Below are positions 29,428-40,431 of a stretch of 64,000 nt of DNA, piece by piece (position 1 is the first letter of the stretch; each line of letters begins with the position of its first letter). Position numbers and translations under genes: made by a program. Origin of the DNA: Alphaproteobacteria bacterium (GTDB lineage Bacteria > Pseudomonadota > Alphaproteobacteria > JAAXGF01); NCBI GenBank assembly GCA_963555825.3, contig CAUVXB020000001.1, positions 1,312,001 to 1,376,000 on the forward strand. The letters are read 5' to 3'. The notes beneath the pieces were generated by a model. The model was not told the origin of the DNA. It searched no databases and saw only the letters and a program-made list of their open reading frames with translations.

Positions 29428-30315
29428 ATGCATAAAATCAAGAATTCGATCCTGGCAAGCGGGCTGACGATAGCGTTGGCCGGTTGTGTCGGGATGGAGA
29501 AGGACATGGCGGCCGAGATGACGCCGGCGGGTTCGGCGTTCAATCAGGCGCTTTACGGCGAGTATCTGGGCCGTTCGCAGGTCGAGTTCGCCGAGGGCGA
29601 CTACGGCAACTCGGACCTGTTCGACCTGAAGGCGCAGTGGGCGGCTGGGGATGCCTTCGTGGTGCCCGAGGAGCCCGGCGACCACGCTCTGCCCGAGGGT
29701 TCGATCGCCGAGCTGACGGAGGCGCGTCAGTGGCTGGTCGAGGCGCTGGCCGACAACGGCCGCACGACGGTGCCCGAGCTCGCGGCGCATACCCAGCTGA
29801 TGTACGACTGCTGGGTCGAGGAGCAGGAAGAGAACCGCCAGCCGGGCGACATCGCGGCGTGCCGTGCGGCGTTCCTCGCCGGCCTGGCGGAGATCCAGGC
29901 GGCGATTGCGCCGCCGCCGATGGTGATGGCCGAGCCGGAGCCCGAGCCGGAGCCCGAGCCGGAGCCGATGGAAGTGCCGGTCCCGCCGTCGTTCTTCATC
30001 TTCTTCGACCATGACTCGGCGGCGCTCGACGACCGTGCGATGCAGGTCATCGACTGGGTCAACAACCAGGTTGGCATGCGCGAGCCGACCCGTGTTCTGG
30101 TGACCGGTCACGCCGACCGTTCGGGTTCCGACGCCTACAACTTGGGTCTGTCGGAGAACCGTTCGACCGCGGTGACCGACGCGCTGGCGGCGGCCGGCAT
30201 CTCGTCGGACATCATCATCGGTTCCGGGCTGGGTGAATCGGAGCCCAGGCTGGAGACGCCCGATGGTGTGCGCGAGCGTCAGAACCGCTACGCGCGGATC
30301 ACACTGATCAAGTAG
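29428..30315 (+). CDS. OmpA-family lipoprotein
   Basis: Lipobox LAGC, (EP)n linker, FFDHDS, GHADRSGSDAYNLGLSENR, QNR. Confidence 0.9.
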   Translation: MHKIKNSILASGLTIALAGCVGMEKDMAAEMTPAGSAFNQALYGEYLGRSQVEFAEGDYGNSDLFDLKAQWAAGDAFVVPEEPGDHALPEGSIAELTEARQWLVEALADNGRTTVPELAAHTQLMYDCWVEEQEENRQPGDIAACRAAFLAGLAEIQAAIAPPPMVMAEPEPEPEPEPEPMEVPVPPSFFIFFDHDSAALDDRAMQVIDWVNNQVGMREPTRVLVTGHADRSGSDAYNLGLSENRSTAVTDALAAAGISSDIIIGSGLGESEPRLETPDGVRERQNRYARITLIK

Positions 30316-30322
30316 CCTCGTT

Positions 30323-30366
30323 ACGGCGCCGCCCCGGAAAACACCCCGGCGCGGCGCCGTCTCTTT
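30323..30366 (+). terminator. Probable intrinsic terminator after the OmpA-family gene
   Basis: ACGGCGCCGC..GCGGCGCCGT stem followed by CTCTTT. Confidence 0.55.
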
Positions 30367-30587
30367 CGACCGACCGCCGGGCCGGGCATTCGGTCCCGTG
30401 GCCGGCGGTTTGTCTATGTCTGCCCGCCTCCGCGCACCGGGCGTACGGTTGCAATCCCGGTGACGCTCCACCATCATCCAAGGGCGTCGAGGGCGCCGGT
30501 GAAACACTCAAGAAACTCTTGGGCGACTGACGTGGCCACCAGACGGCCCGGCCGCACAACCATGATCAAGAAGGGCTCGATCGACTG

Positions 30588-31442
30588 ATGGAACAGGAAA
30601 TCGAATCAATCAACCGATTCGTCGATGCGCTCGTCGAGTTCGGCGTCGCCTACGGCTTCCAGATCCTCGGCGCCGTCGTCTTCCTGATCATCGGTCTGAA
30701 GCTCGCCGGCTGGGCGGCACGCAAGGTCGTCACGGTCGCCGACGCGAAGTCGATGGACCCGACGCTGGCGCGGTTTATCGCCAATGTCGTCAAGTTGTTG
30801 GTCGCCGCCTTCGTGATCATCATCACGCTCGGCAACTTCGGCATCAGCATCGCGCCGCTGATCGCGCTCGCCGGCGCCGTGGCGTTCGGCGCGACGTTGG
30901 CGATCCAGGGGCCGCTGGCGAACTATGGCGCCGGCGTCTCGCTGATCCTGACCCGACCCTTCGTGGTCGGCAACACGATCACCATCAAGCACATCTCGGG
31001 CGTCGTCCAAGACATCACCCTGGCGGCGACGGTGCTGATCAACGAGGATGGCGAGCGGGTTACCGTGCCCAACAAGGAGATCGTCGGCGAGGTCATCGTC
31101 AACTCGCGCGAGCAGCGCGTCATCCAGACCAAGATCGCGATCGCCTACGAGGCGGACGTCGAACACGCCATCGCCCTGCTCGGCGGCGTGCTGGCGGGGT
31201 TCGAGGAGGTCGGCAAGGAGCCGGTACCGCAGGTCGGCATCCACGACTTCACCTACGGCGGCATCGTGCTGGGCATGCGCTTCTGGGTGCCCAGCAAGAA
31301 CTATTTCCAGTGCCGCTACGCGGTCAACCGGGCTGCCTTCACGGCGCTCAAGTCGGCCGGCATCTCGCTCATGGCAGTCGGCACGGCGTCGCTTCCGGTC
31401 GCCTCGCTGTCGGCCGACCAGGACACCGACGTCCCAGCCTGA
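30588..31442 (+). CDS. mscS: Small-conductance mechanosensitive channel
   Basis: Three TM helices, LAIQGPLANYGAGV, RPFVVG, VPNKEI. Confidence 0.88.
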   Translation: MEQEIESINRFVDALVEFGVAYGFQILGAVVFLIIGLKLAGWAARKVVTVADAKSMDPTLARFIANVVKLLVAAFVIIITLGNFGISIAPLIALAGAVAFGATLAIQGPLANYGAGVSLILTRPFVVGNTITIKHISGVVQDITLAATVLINEDGERVTVPNKEIVGEVIVNSREQRVIQTKIAIAYEADVEHAIALLGGVLAGFEEVGKEPVPQVGIHDFTYGGIVLGMRFWVPSKNYFQCRYAVNRAAFTALKSAGISLMAVGTASLPVASLSADQDTDVPA

Positions 31443-31596
31443 CCCGGCGCGTCGATTACCGCGAATGACACGCAACGTCGCATCGCCACCGGCGTCGGCG
31501 GTTGTGGCGACCGTCACTGACGGCCATAGGGTTTGTTTCCAGGGTCTCGATGCACCTTCCGGGAGGGGATGTCGCGATCATTGCGGTATCACCCTG

Positions 31597-31687
31597 GTTT
31601 CCTCGAATGGGCAAACCGTCGGCGACGGCGGGACGCAAAGCTTCCGGCCTGGAGCACCACCAGGTAGCGGGGTTGCCAAGGGGAAAC
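31597..31687 (+). ncRNA. Cyclic di-GMP-I (GEMM) riboswitch
   Basis: GGGCAAACC-GTCG-GCGA-CGGC-GG-GACGCAAAGCTTCCGGCCT...AGGTAGCGGGGTTGCC follows the c-di-GMP-I consensus; closing stem GTTTCC / GGAAAC. Confidence 0.88.
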
Positions 31688-31793
31688 GATGATCGTGCCA
31701 AACGCACAGGCTCACATTTTTCCCAAAGCTTTCGGCGCCACGTCTCGTTTGTCGAGGCGCGGCCCGACGTATGAACGATCCAAGGAGCGTGGC

Positions 31794-33332
31794 ATGCCGC
31801 ATCTCTATGTAATACCAGTGAGCCTATGAAATCACCTTCATGATCCATGGATAGGCGCAGAGGGTTCGCATACGATCCGGTTCTGCGATGAGGTCGATCC
31901 ATGCTTGGCAACAGGCGTCGATGATGGCCTCGGTGTCGTCGAGGACGCGGAGCGATAGGAAGCGTTCGCGTAGGTAGAGCCAAACCCGCTCGACGGGGTT
32001 GAGTTCGGGACTGTAAGGCGGCAACAGCGCCAAGGTGACGTTGTCGGGGACGGTGAGGGCGCGCTCGTCGTGCCAACCGGCGCCGTCGCACATCATGACG
32101 GCGTGCGCATCCTGGTCCAGGGTATCGGCGAAGTGTGCGAGAAACAGGTCCATGACCTTGGCGTTGACGCTCGGCATCACCAGGGTGACGTCGTCGCCGG
32201 TGTCCGGGCGCACGGCGGAGAAGATGTAGGCCCACTGGTAGCCGATTTGACGCGTCCCGGGGGCACGCTCGCCCCTGCGCCACCACCGGTGACACACCCG
32301 GCCCTTGTTGCCGACGCGCGCTTCATCCTGAAACCACAGCTGTAGGCGCTTGTCGGGATGCGCCGCGGCGGTCGCCTTCAGGATGTCGCGAAGCCCCCTT
32401 TTTTGAAGCGCTCCTGCGCTTCGGCGTCCCTTCGCGGGTGGCTCGGGCGCGCCTTCTGGCGGGAAAATCCCATCCGCCGTAGAACCCGGGTCATGCTCGA
32501 GGGGTGGTAGGTCTTGGCGAAGCGCTCCTCCAGCCAGCGGCACAGATCGGCCCGGGTCCAGGCGCAAACCCCGTCGCGCTCAGGCTCCGGCCCGGCGATG
32601 ATGACCGCCGCCAGCGCCGCTTCCTCGTCTGCCGTCAGCCGCCGCGGCGAGTAGCCCTTTGGACGGTCGTGAAGCCCCTCCAATCCCTTTGCATTGTAAC
32701 GAACAACCGCGTCGCGAAGCGTTTGGCGATCCATCCCCGCAAGCCGCGCGGCATCAGCCCGGGGCATCTCCTCCAAAGCATTCGCGATCCCATAGGCCCG
32801 CGCCGCCGCTCGACCGTACGATTCCACGCGAGCCCAGCGCCGAAGCTCCAAAGGCGTCAAATCATCCCGTATCTTGAGTGCTGATCCCATGACATCCCCC
32901 ACATCTGGTGGGAGACCATAGAATCACAATCCGCCATCATCCGCCATCAATGAATATCCCGAGAGTCAATTCAGGCGCTCACTGGTATCAGACGACATGG
33001 GCGCGGATTACCGCCTCGCCTTCCCCTACCAGGCCGCCGGCGCGCTGATCGCCGAACTTCTGGCGGCGGCTCGGCAAGGTCACGATCGGCGAGCGGCATC
33101 GAATCCCAAAGCCGACCCGTCGGGCGGATCAAGCGGCTCCTGGCTGCTCAAGCCGCAACGCGTGGCGATCGCGCTGACGCCCGATCGCTCGACGGTGGTG
33201 CTCAGGTTCCACATCGCCGAGGGCGCGCAAATCGAGGTCGGCGTCAGCCAGGACGACCTGCCCAAGCTGCAAGAGGCGCTCGACGTGACGACCAAGCGGC
33301 TCGCCGAGGACGGCGCCAAGGAGACGAGCTAG
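31794..33332 (+). pseudogene. Small hypothetical gene under the riboswitch, interrupted by IS630
   Basis: AAGGAG then ATG at 31794 (MPHLYVI); removing the IS and one TA joins in frame to SDD-MGADYRLAFP (32988-33332); in-frame upstream ATG at 31689. Confidence 0.75.
31815..32985 (-). mobile_element. IS630-family element with two frameshifted ORFs
   Basis: TA|CCAGTGAGC ... GCTCACTGG|TA; FQDEARVG, CDGAGWH, LPPYSPELNPVE; AAAAAAG slippery site at about 32398-32404. Confidence 0.93.
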
Positions 33333-33336
33333 CCCC

Positions 33337-34050
33337 CTAAACGGTGTCCTCAAGCCGGCAATTGACCGGCAGTTCGACGACCGAGGCGGTGTTGGGCAGG
33401 GCGATGACGCTGGCGACCAGTTCAGCGAGGTCGGCCGGGTCGATCATGTCGTCGAGCGGGAAGCCGCTGACATCCGCCGTCATGTCGGTGCGCACATAGC
33501 CGGGACAGACGGCGGTCACGCGGACGCCGGCGTCCCAGCCCGCTTGGCGCGTCGCGTGGCTCAGCGCCATGACGGCGAACTTGCTCATCGAATAACCGGC
33601 GTCGGCGCCGGGCACCCGCTTGCCCGACAGCGAGGCGATGTTGATGACGCGGCCGGCGCCCGAGGCCTTGAGATGCGGCAGCGCGAGGCGGATCATGCGC
33701 ATCGGCGCCTTGACGTTGACCGCCCACATGGCGTCGAGCGCGTCTTCGTCGTCGTCTTCGAGGCCCGCGCGGCGCGCGATGCCGGCGTTATTGACGAGGC
33801 CGTCGAGGCGGCCGAACTGGGTGGTCGTCGCGGCCACCCAGGCGGCGTTGGAGATCGCGTCATAGGCGTCGAAATGATGGGTCACGACGCGCGCATCGGC
33901 AAAGTCGGCGACCGCCGTATCGAGCGCCTCGACGTCACGCGCGCCGAGGCTCAACGTATAACCCTTGCCGTGCAGGCAGCGGGCGACGGCATTGCCGATG
34001 CCCCGGTTCGCGCCGGTCACCATGATCACCCGGCCTTGTGGAGACAGCAT
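33337..34050 (-). CDS. Short-chain dehydrogenase/reductase
   Basis: TGANRGIG, NNAG, YSMSK, PGYVRT. Confidence 0.9.
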   Translation of the reverse strand: MLSPQGRVIMVTGANRGIGNAVARCLHGKGYTLSLGARDVEALDTAVADFADARVVTHHFDAYDAISNAAWVAATTTQFGRLDGLVNNAGIARRAGLEDDDEDALDAMWAVNVKAPMRMIRLALPHLKASGAGRVINIASLSGKRVPGADAGYSMSKFAVMALSHATRQAGWDAGVRVTAVCPGYVRTDMTADVSGFPLDDMIDPADLAELVASVIALPNTASVVELPVNCRLEDTV

Positions 34051-34096
34051 GGACCCTATCCCTTCCCTGGTTTGCCGGCATCCGTGGATCCGAACA

Positions 34097-34849
34097 CTAT
34101 ATGACCGTCACGGCATCGCCGCTCGATATCGCACCGGGCACGACGACGTTGGCATAGACGCCCAAGTTTGCGCCATTGTGGCGTGTGACGGTATCGAGTA
34201 TCGCCCGATCCCGCGGCAGCACGCCCTGCGCGAGTGTCGTCATCGCGCAGCGTCGGCAGTGCTCGGTGATTTCGAGCGTCACCGCGCCGATGTGGAGCCG
34301 GCGTCCGAGCCAGCCGTTCTCGACGAACCCGCTCAGCCTCTTGGTGCCGACCAGGATATTGGCGCGGAAGCGCCGGATGTCGGCCGCGCCCTCGGGATAG
34401 AGCTCCGTAAGGCGGTCGAGCGAGGATGTCGTCAAAAGATGGAGCGGCGCGTGTTCGTAGGACTGTGCGAATCGGCTGCCGTCAGCGGCGGCCGCTCGAC
34501 CGACGCGGCGCAGGACGACGTCGTGACCGAGCAACGCGCTGAGCCGCACCTCGACATCCGGCGCACCGCTTCGGAGCACCGTACCGTCGGGCAAGTGGAC
34601 CGCGACCGGCGGGCAGTCGGCGCCGATTTGCGGTGGTTCTATGAAGCGCGCCTGAACCTGGACCAGATTGCGCCACTTGCGCCCGCGCGCGGCGAAGCCC
34701 GCTTCGGACGCGCCGGTGGCGTAGACCCCCCAGCCGCGGTCACCGATGACGCCGCCGGTATCGATCTCGACGCTCTCGACCGTCTCGCCGCACATCGATG
34801 CGACGGGATAGCGCCAGAGCGCCGTGACCGTGCCGATCGCTTCCGTCAT
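34097..34849 (-). CDS. MOSC domain protein
   Basis: LWRYPV, GDR, PLHLLTTSSL, RRFRANI, CRRCAMT, GVYANV. Confidence 0.88.
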   Translation of the reverse strand: MTEAIGTVTALWRYPVASMCGETVESVEIDTGGVIGDRGWGVYATGASEAGFAARGRKWRNLVQVQARFIEPPQIGADCPPVAVHLPDGTVLRSGAPDVEVRLSALLGHDVVLRRVGRAAAADGSRFAQSYEHAPLHLLTTSSLDRLTELYPEGAADIRRFRANILVGTKRLSGFVENGWLGRRLHIGAVTLEITEHCRRCAMTTLAQGVLPRDRAILDTVTRHNGANLGVYANVVVPGAISSGDAVTVI

Positions 34850-35352
34850 TCGTTTCCCGTTTGGCGAGCCGACCAGTCGGCGATCAGTCCGGCGATGGTG
34901 CTGGTGATTTCGTCATCGAGTGGCCCGACGTCGGACGGCCACAAGCCGGCGAGTTCACCGTCCGGGCCGATCAGATATTTGTGGAAATTCCATTTCGGCG
35001 CGGCGCCTTCGCCAATTTCGTCGACGATCCAGCGGTAGAACGCGTGGGCGTCGCCGCCGATCACCGTCTGCTTCGCGGCCATCGGAAAGTCGACGCCGTA
35101 GTTGGCGGTGCAGAATGCCTGGATGTCGGCCTCGCCGCCCGGCTCCTGGGCGCCGAAGTCGTTCGATGGCACACCGAGCACCACCAAACCCTTGTCGCGG
35201 TAGCGCGCCCACAGCGCCTGCAGATCGGTGTACTGCGGCGTATAGCCGCACTCGGATGCGGTATTCACGATCAGCACCGCCTTGCCCGTGTAGTCGGCGA
35301 GCGCGATCACCCCGCCGTCGATGGCTTCGAATTGGTGGTCGTGAGCCGACAT
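34846..35352 (-). CDS. Glutathione peroxidase (Cys type)
   Basis: VNTASECGYTPQY, PSNDFGAQEPG, KWNFHKYLI. Confidence 0.92.
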   Translation of the reverse strand: MSAHDHQFEAIDGGVIALADYTGKAVLIVNTASECGYTPQYTDLQALWARYRDKGLVVLGVPSNDFGAQEPGGEADIQAFCTANYGVDFPMAAKQTVIGGDAHAFYRWIVDEIGEGAAPKWNFHKYLIGPDGELAGLWPSDVGPLDDEITSTIAGLIADWSARQTGNE

Positions 35353-35465
35353 GGCGCCCCTCCTCTGCCGCGGCACGAATTTGGCTAAGGTTAGCACCAA
35401 TTCTGGCCAGCGATCACGCGGCGAATACCGCCGCCGGCCCAGGCCGGGCTAGCCAATGCATACAA

Positions 35466-35549
35466 AAACGTAAGCAGTATTCCTTTTCCATGGCGCATTC
35501 GGTTGCGCGGCATGTGCAAACCGTGCGTAAATATATACTGCTTACGTTT
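35466..35549. repeat. Second stand-alone inverted doublet of the RAYT-associated motif
   Basis: AAACGTAAGCAGTAT (35466-35480) / ATACTGCTTACGTTT (35535-35549); 35523-35549 matches 13871-13897 inverted at 26 of 27 bp. Confidence 0.9.
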
Positions 35550-35591
35550 AAAGGACGGCGCCGCTCGCGTTGGTTGGCGCGGACCGCTCGC

Positions 35592-36071
35592 CTAGAAACC
35601 GAAGCGGCGCGCGCCGCTCTGGCGTTTCTCGAGATATTGCTGGTGGTAGTCCTCGGCCAGGTGGTACGGCCCGGCCGGCACTATCTCGGTGACGATCCGC
35701 TCGCCAAGCCCGCTCGACGCCGCGAAGCGCGCCTTGGACGCCCGTGCCGCCGCATCCTGCGCCTCGCCGAGAGTGAAGATGGCCGAGCGGTACTGGCTAC
35801 CGACGTCCGGACCCTGTCGGTTGAGCGTCGTCGGGTCGTGAATGCCCCAAAAAACGTCGAGCAGCGCGTCATAGGTGACGCGGTCGGGGTCGAACTCGAC
35901 CATAACCGCCTCGGCGTGGCCGGTTTGGCCGCCGCATACCGCGCGGTAGTCGGGATCGTCGGTCGTGCCGCCGGTGTAGCCGACCGAGGTCGCGGTGACG
36001 CCGTCGATGCGGCGGAAGGCCGCTTCGATGCCCCAGAAACAGCCGGCGGCGACGATTGCCTTTTCCATCAT
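35592..36071 (-). CDS. msrA: Peptide-methionine (S)-S-oxide reductase
   Basis: GCFWG, GHAEAV, QGPDVGSQYRS, AEDYHQQYL. Confidence 0.95.
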   Translation of the reverse strand: MMEKAIVAAGCFWGIEAAFRRIDGVTATSVGYTGGTTDDPDYRAVCGGQTGHAEAVMVEFDPDRVTYDALLDVFWGIHDPTTLNRQGPDVGSQYRSAIFTLGEAQDAAARASKARFAASSGLGERIVTEIVPAGPYHLAEDYHQQYLEKRQSGARRFGF

Positions 36072-36187
36072 GTGCCTCGCTCCGATGTGTCCCTTTAACT
36101 TAGGGCCGTGTGGCCGGATTGCCATGCCGAATTTACGCGCCCGCGGTCAGGCGGCCGCCAACGCGTCGTCGAGCGCCGGCAAGGCCG

Positions 36188-39100
36188 TTACCTAGCCGAC
36201 CGCCGCCGCCCCTCGTCGCGCAGCCTCAACAGTTCTTGCAGGGTCGCGTCGTCCCGCTTGCCGCGGCCGAAGGCCGCCAACGCCCGGCCATGCGCGATGC
36301 AGAAATCGGTGTAGGGCAGCGGCTCGGCGCTGGTGTACGCCTCGAGGGCGTCGGCGTAACGCTCGGCCTCGTCCCAATCGGACATCGCCAGCGTCACCTT
36401 CATCGCGTCGGGATAGAAGGTGATGTGGTTGTGGCTGACGCAGCCTTCCGCCAGCAACCGCTCGCCCTCGGTCAGATGACGCGATGTCTCCTCGTCATCG
36501 TCGGATGCCACGGCCAATGTGCCGTAGATCTTGGGACCGCAAAAGCGCGGCCCGAATTGCAGCGCCAAATCGAGCGCCTTTTTCGCGAGCTTCCGCGCCT
36601 TTGCCTTCTCGCCGAGCGCCACCAGGGCGCGGCACTGCTCGTCCAGACATTGCGCTTCGAAGCGGCCGGCGCCGATTTCCTGGGCCAGCTTGACCCCGGC
36701 GATCGCCCAGTCCAAGGCATCGTCGAAATCGCCGGTGAACAACTTGACCCAGCAGATCACGAGACAGGCGACGGATTCACTGCGCGGTTGGAAGATTCGC
36801 GCGGCCTCCTTGCGCGCTTCCGTGGCGTCCTCGAGCGCCGGCCCGGGACGATTCGACCACAGAAACGTAATCGACCGCTGATGCAGGTTCGCCGCCCGGT
36901 CGCGCGCCAAGCCGTTCTCCTCGGCCCGCTTGACCGCCTGGTCGTAATAGCCATGCGCCGTCAGCATACGGCCGCGCATATAATTGGCGTCACCCAGGCC
37001 GCTCAGGGCGCCGACCTCGGTCCTGACCGCGCCCGCCTCCCGCGCATAGTCGATGGCCCGCTCATGAGACGCCAGGCAGTCGTCTATGCGGCCCAACGGG
37101 AAGCAATAGTTGCCACGTAGGTAATGGATATGGGCCAGGTCCGAGGTCGAATTAATCGCCTGGGCGGCGTGTTGCGCCCGATCCAGTACGGCGAGACCCT
37201 CTTCGTAACGATCGACGATACGCATCCCCTCGGCCAGCCCGATATTGGCGCGGCAAATTCCGGCATCGGTCGTGGCGGCCTCCGATGCTTGCTCGAAGGT
37301 CTCGATCGAGCGGTCCGACCGCCCCAAATCACGCAACAGATCACCCTTGAAACAGATCAGGTCGAAGCGGACCTCGCCATCCGGATCGAGTTCCAGGCCC
37401 TTGTCGGCGAGGTTCATCGCGGCTTCGTACCGGTATGCGTCGATCTGGCCGCGTGCCGCCGCCAGATAGGCGCCCGGCGCGCCGGGATCGCCCGCGCCCT
37501 CGAGATGCTGGGCGTGCAGCACCGGATCGTGGTCGCTGAACCAGTCCGACGCGCGGTGGTGCAACTCGCGCCGTCGGTTGGTCAGCAGTGACGCATAGAC
37601 GCCGTCGCGGATCAGCGCGTGGGAGAACAGATAGTCGCTGCCATGCGGCCGGACGAGGTGACTGGCGACGAGGATTTCAGGGCCGTATTCGGCCGCGCCG
37701 ACGACATGTCTGAGCGCGTCAACCGAAAAGCGTTGGCCGAGGACCGACGCCGCCTGCAACGCACTACGGTCCTCGGGCGCAAGGCGGTCCATGCGGGACT
37801 GAACGATGCTCTGGACCGAGCCCGGGATCGCCTCCTCGGTCGCCTCCATGGCGCTCCGCAACAGCTGCTCGAGGAACAGCGGGTTGCCCTCGGCCCGTTC
37901 GACGCAGGCCGCGGCCACGCGTCTGTCGATGTCGAGGAAGTCCCGCGCGAGGTCCAGTGCCTCGGTGTCGCGAAGCGGGCTGAGGTCGATCGTGCTGAGC
38001 GGCGCGCCGCCCGTCGTGCTGCGCCACCCTTGATCGAGCTGATCGCCTTCGATGCGCGACGTCATGACCAGCAGCGCCGGTAATTCGGCGACCGTCGCGG
38101 CCAACCTGGAAAGATGATCCAAGACGATCGCATCCGCCCAGTGCACATTCTCGACTCTGAGCAACAGCGGCAACCCCTGGCTGCGTTGCCTGACCAGCGC
38201 GGCCACCGTTTCCTGCTTGCCGCGATTGCGTGCGGCGTTTTCCATCGATTCGTAGAGAAACGAGAGTTCTTCCGGCTGGTCGAGATCGAGCAGATCGTTC
38301 AGAAACGCGCGTTGCCGCGGCTCGACCAGAGCGTCGGCGAATGCCGTTTCGGCCGCCCGCATGCGGGCGTCCTTGCCGCCGCCGAGCGGCACGTCGAGCA
38401 GACTCCTGACCAGCGCCCTGATGGCGTCCTGGCCCTTGCCGACGCCGAGGTCGAGGATCAGTCCGGCATGCGTCTCGAAGCCCGCTTCCTCGGCCAGCCG
38501 CTGGTATTCCTCGATCAGCCGGGTCTTGCCGATACCGGCCTCGCCACGCACATAGATCGACTGGCCCAGGCCGCTCTGCAGGCAATCCTCGATCGACGAT
38601 TCGAACTGCCGCAATTCCCTGCGTCGACCGACGAAGGGATGATCATGCGCCATCGCCGCGGCGCCCAATTCCTCCAGGCGCCAGACCGTGACCGGCTGGC
38701 TCAGGCCCTCGATCACCTTGGCGCCCAGCGACTCGCCGACGAAGCGGTCGGCGAGCGCCGATTGGACCGCGTCCGACACCAGGGTCTCGTTCGTCGCCGC
38801 CAAACTGGTCAGCCGGGAAGCCAGGTTCACGCTATCGCCGGTCATGGTGTATTCGCGGTGGTCGTCCGAGCCCGTGCCGCTGGCGACGACCTGGCCCGAG
38901 GCGATGCCGATATGCACCTGGAGAGGCGGTTCCAACGCCGCGACGGTCTTGTGCGTATCGAGCGCCGCGCGGACCGCCCTCTCGGGATCGTCTGTATGGG
39001 CGATCGGCGCGCCGAACACCGCCATGACGGCGTCGCCGATGTGCTTGTCGATGGTGCCGCCGTAGCCCGTCACCACGCGGTCGACGGCGGCGAAAAACTG

Positions 39101-39427
39101 GTTGAGCAGCGCGTGGGTCTCCTCGGCGTCGAGCCCGCTGGACAGCTTCGTGTAGCCCGATAGATCGGCGAACATGACGGTGACCTGCCGGCGCTCGCCC
39201 TGGGGCGTGGTCGGCTCGGGCGGCGCCGTCGACGCGCTGGCCCGGACGCCGCCGAGCTCGGCGATCGCCTTTTGCACCTTGCGCCGGGGGCCAAGCGGCA
39301 GGCCGATCTGTTCGAGATCCTGCTCGCTCAGTTCCGGCAGCACCTCGAGGTCGATCTAGTTCTCGGCAAACACCTGGGCGTACTTGCCGAGCCCGATCCC
39401 TTCGAGCCAATCGATTATGTCGCTCAC
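36188..39427 (-). pseudogene. SAM - class III nucleotide cyclase - AAA ATPase - TPR protein with early nonsense codon
   Basis: GTG at 39427 after GGAGG: SDIIDWLEGIGLGKYAQVFAEN*IDLEVL (TAG at 39356-39358); ERRQVTVMFADL, GDAVMAVFG, GEAGIGKTRL, GNPLFLEQ. Confidence 0.82.
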
Positions 39428-39480
39428 GTCGGCCTCCGCCTCCCGGAGCAGAGGCTAGCCGGTTTCGAGCGTCGGTTCTA

Positions 39481-40326
39481 GGGCCTGTTGACAATTAGGG
39501 GATTCCCAAACCTGCTAAAAAGTGATTCAAGCTTCCTTTTCGGGGGAGTTTTTGATGAACACGGAGCGTTTCGTCATCGCAGACGAGGTTTGGGAAAAGG
39601 TTTCACCGCATCTTCCGGGCAAGGCTACGGATTGCGGCGTTACGGCGGCAGACAACCGGTTGTTTTTGGAAGCCGTTTTGTGGCGCGTCCGAACGGGGTC
39701 TCCGTGGCGTGACCTGCCGGTTGCTTTCGGAAATTGGAACAGTATTTTCCAGCGCTTTCGCCGATGGGCGAGGAACCGTGTTTTCGAACGGCTGTTCGAA
39801 GTTCTGTCGGAGGAACCGGACTTCGAATACGCCCTCATCGACGGCACCATCGTCAGCGTTCACCAAAAGGCAAGCGGCGCAAAAGGGGGACTCAACATCA
39901 GGCCATCGGGCGTTCGAAAGGAGGTCTGACCACTAAGATCGTCGCCCTGGTGGATGCCCTGGGAAACTTGGTGCGTTTCGTGCTCTTGCCTGGCCAACGC
40001 CATGACACGATTGGCGTCGTCCCCTTGATCCAAGACGTTCACTTCGATGCCCTGTTGGCCGACAAGGCTTTCGATGTCGATTGGCTGCGGGAGGACTTGA
40101 ACCAACGCGGTGCCACTGCCGTCATCCCGCCGAAAGCCAACCGAAAACGGCAGATCGCCTACGATAAGGACATGTACCGATGGCGTCACTTGGTCGAAAA
40201 CTACTTCGCCAAAATCAAGGAGTTCCGGGGCATCGCAACACGCTACGACAAAACCGACACAAGCTACGCCGCAAACTTGAACCTCGTCGCCACAGTCATC
40301 GCACTGCGCTAATTGTCAACGGACCC
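39481..40326 (+). mobile_element. IS5-family element with two frameshifted ORFs (39555-39929 and about 39884-40312)
   Basis: IRs GGGCCTGTTGACAATTA / TAATTGTCAACGGACCC, TA on both sides in a CTAG site; WRDLP..FGNW, IDGTIV, GRSKGGLTTK, LADKAFD, YRWRHLVE. Confidence 0.93.
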
Positions 40327-40431
40327 TAGACCAACGCGCCGCCCGCGCTTGGCGCAATCAATTGACAGGCGACGCGGCGCGGGGAGTAATGGGCGGCCGT
40401 TACGCAGATGCCGAAGTTCGAAGGGAAAAAT

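Noticed and set aside
29932-29967. GAGCC(G/C) hexamer tandem repeat
   Set aside because: Encodes an ordinary (EP)n linker in the OmpA-family protein
5623-35549. GTAAGC shared by the IS66 ends, the integrase-adjacent repeats and the RAYT motif
   Set aside because: Only 6-7 bp in common and each context has its own explanation (IS66 ends typically start GTAA); treated as coincidence
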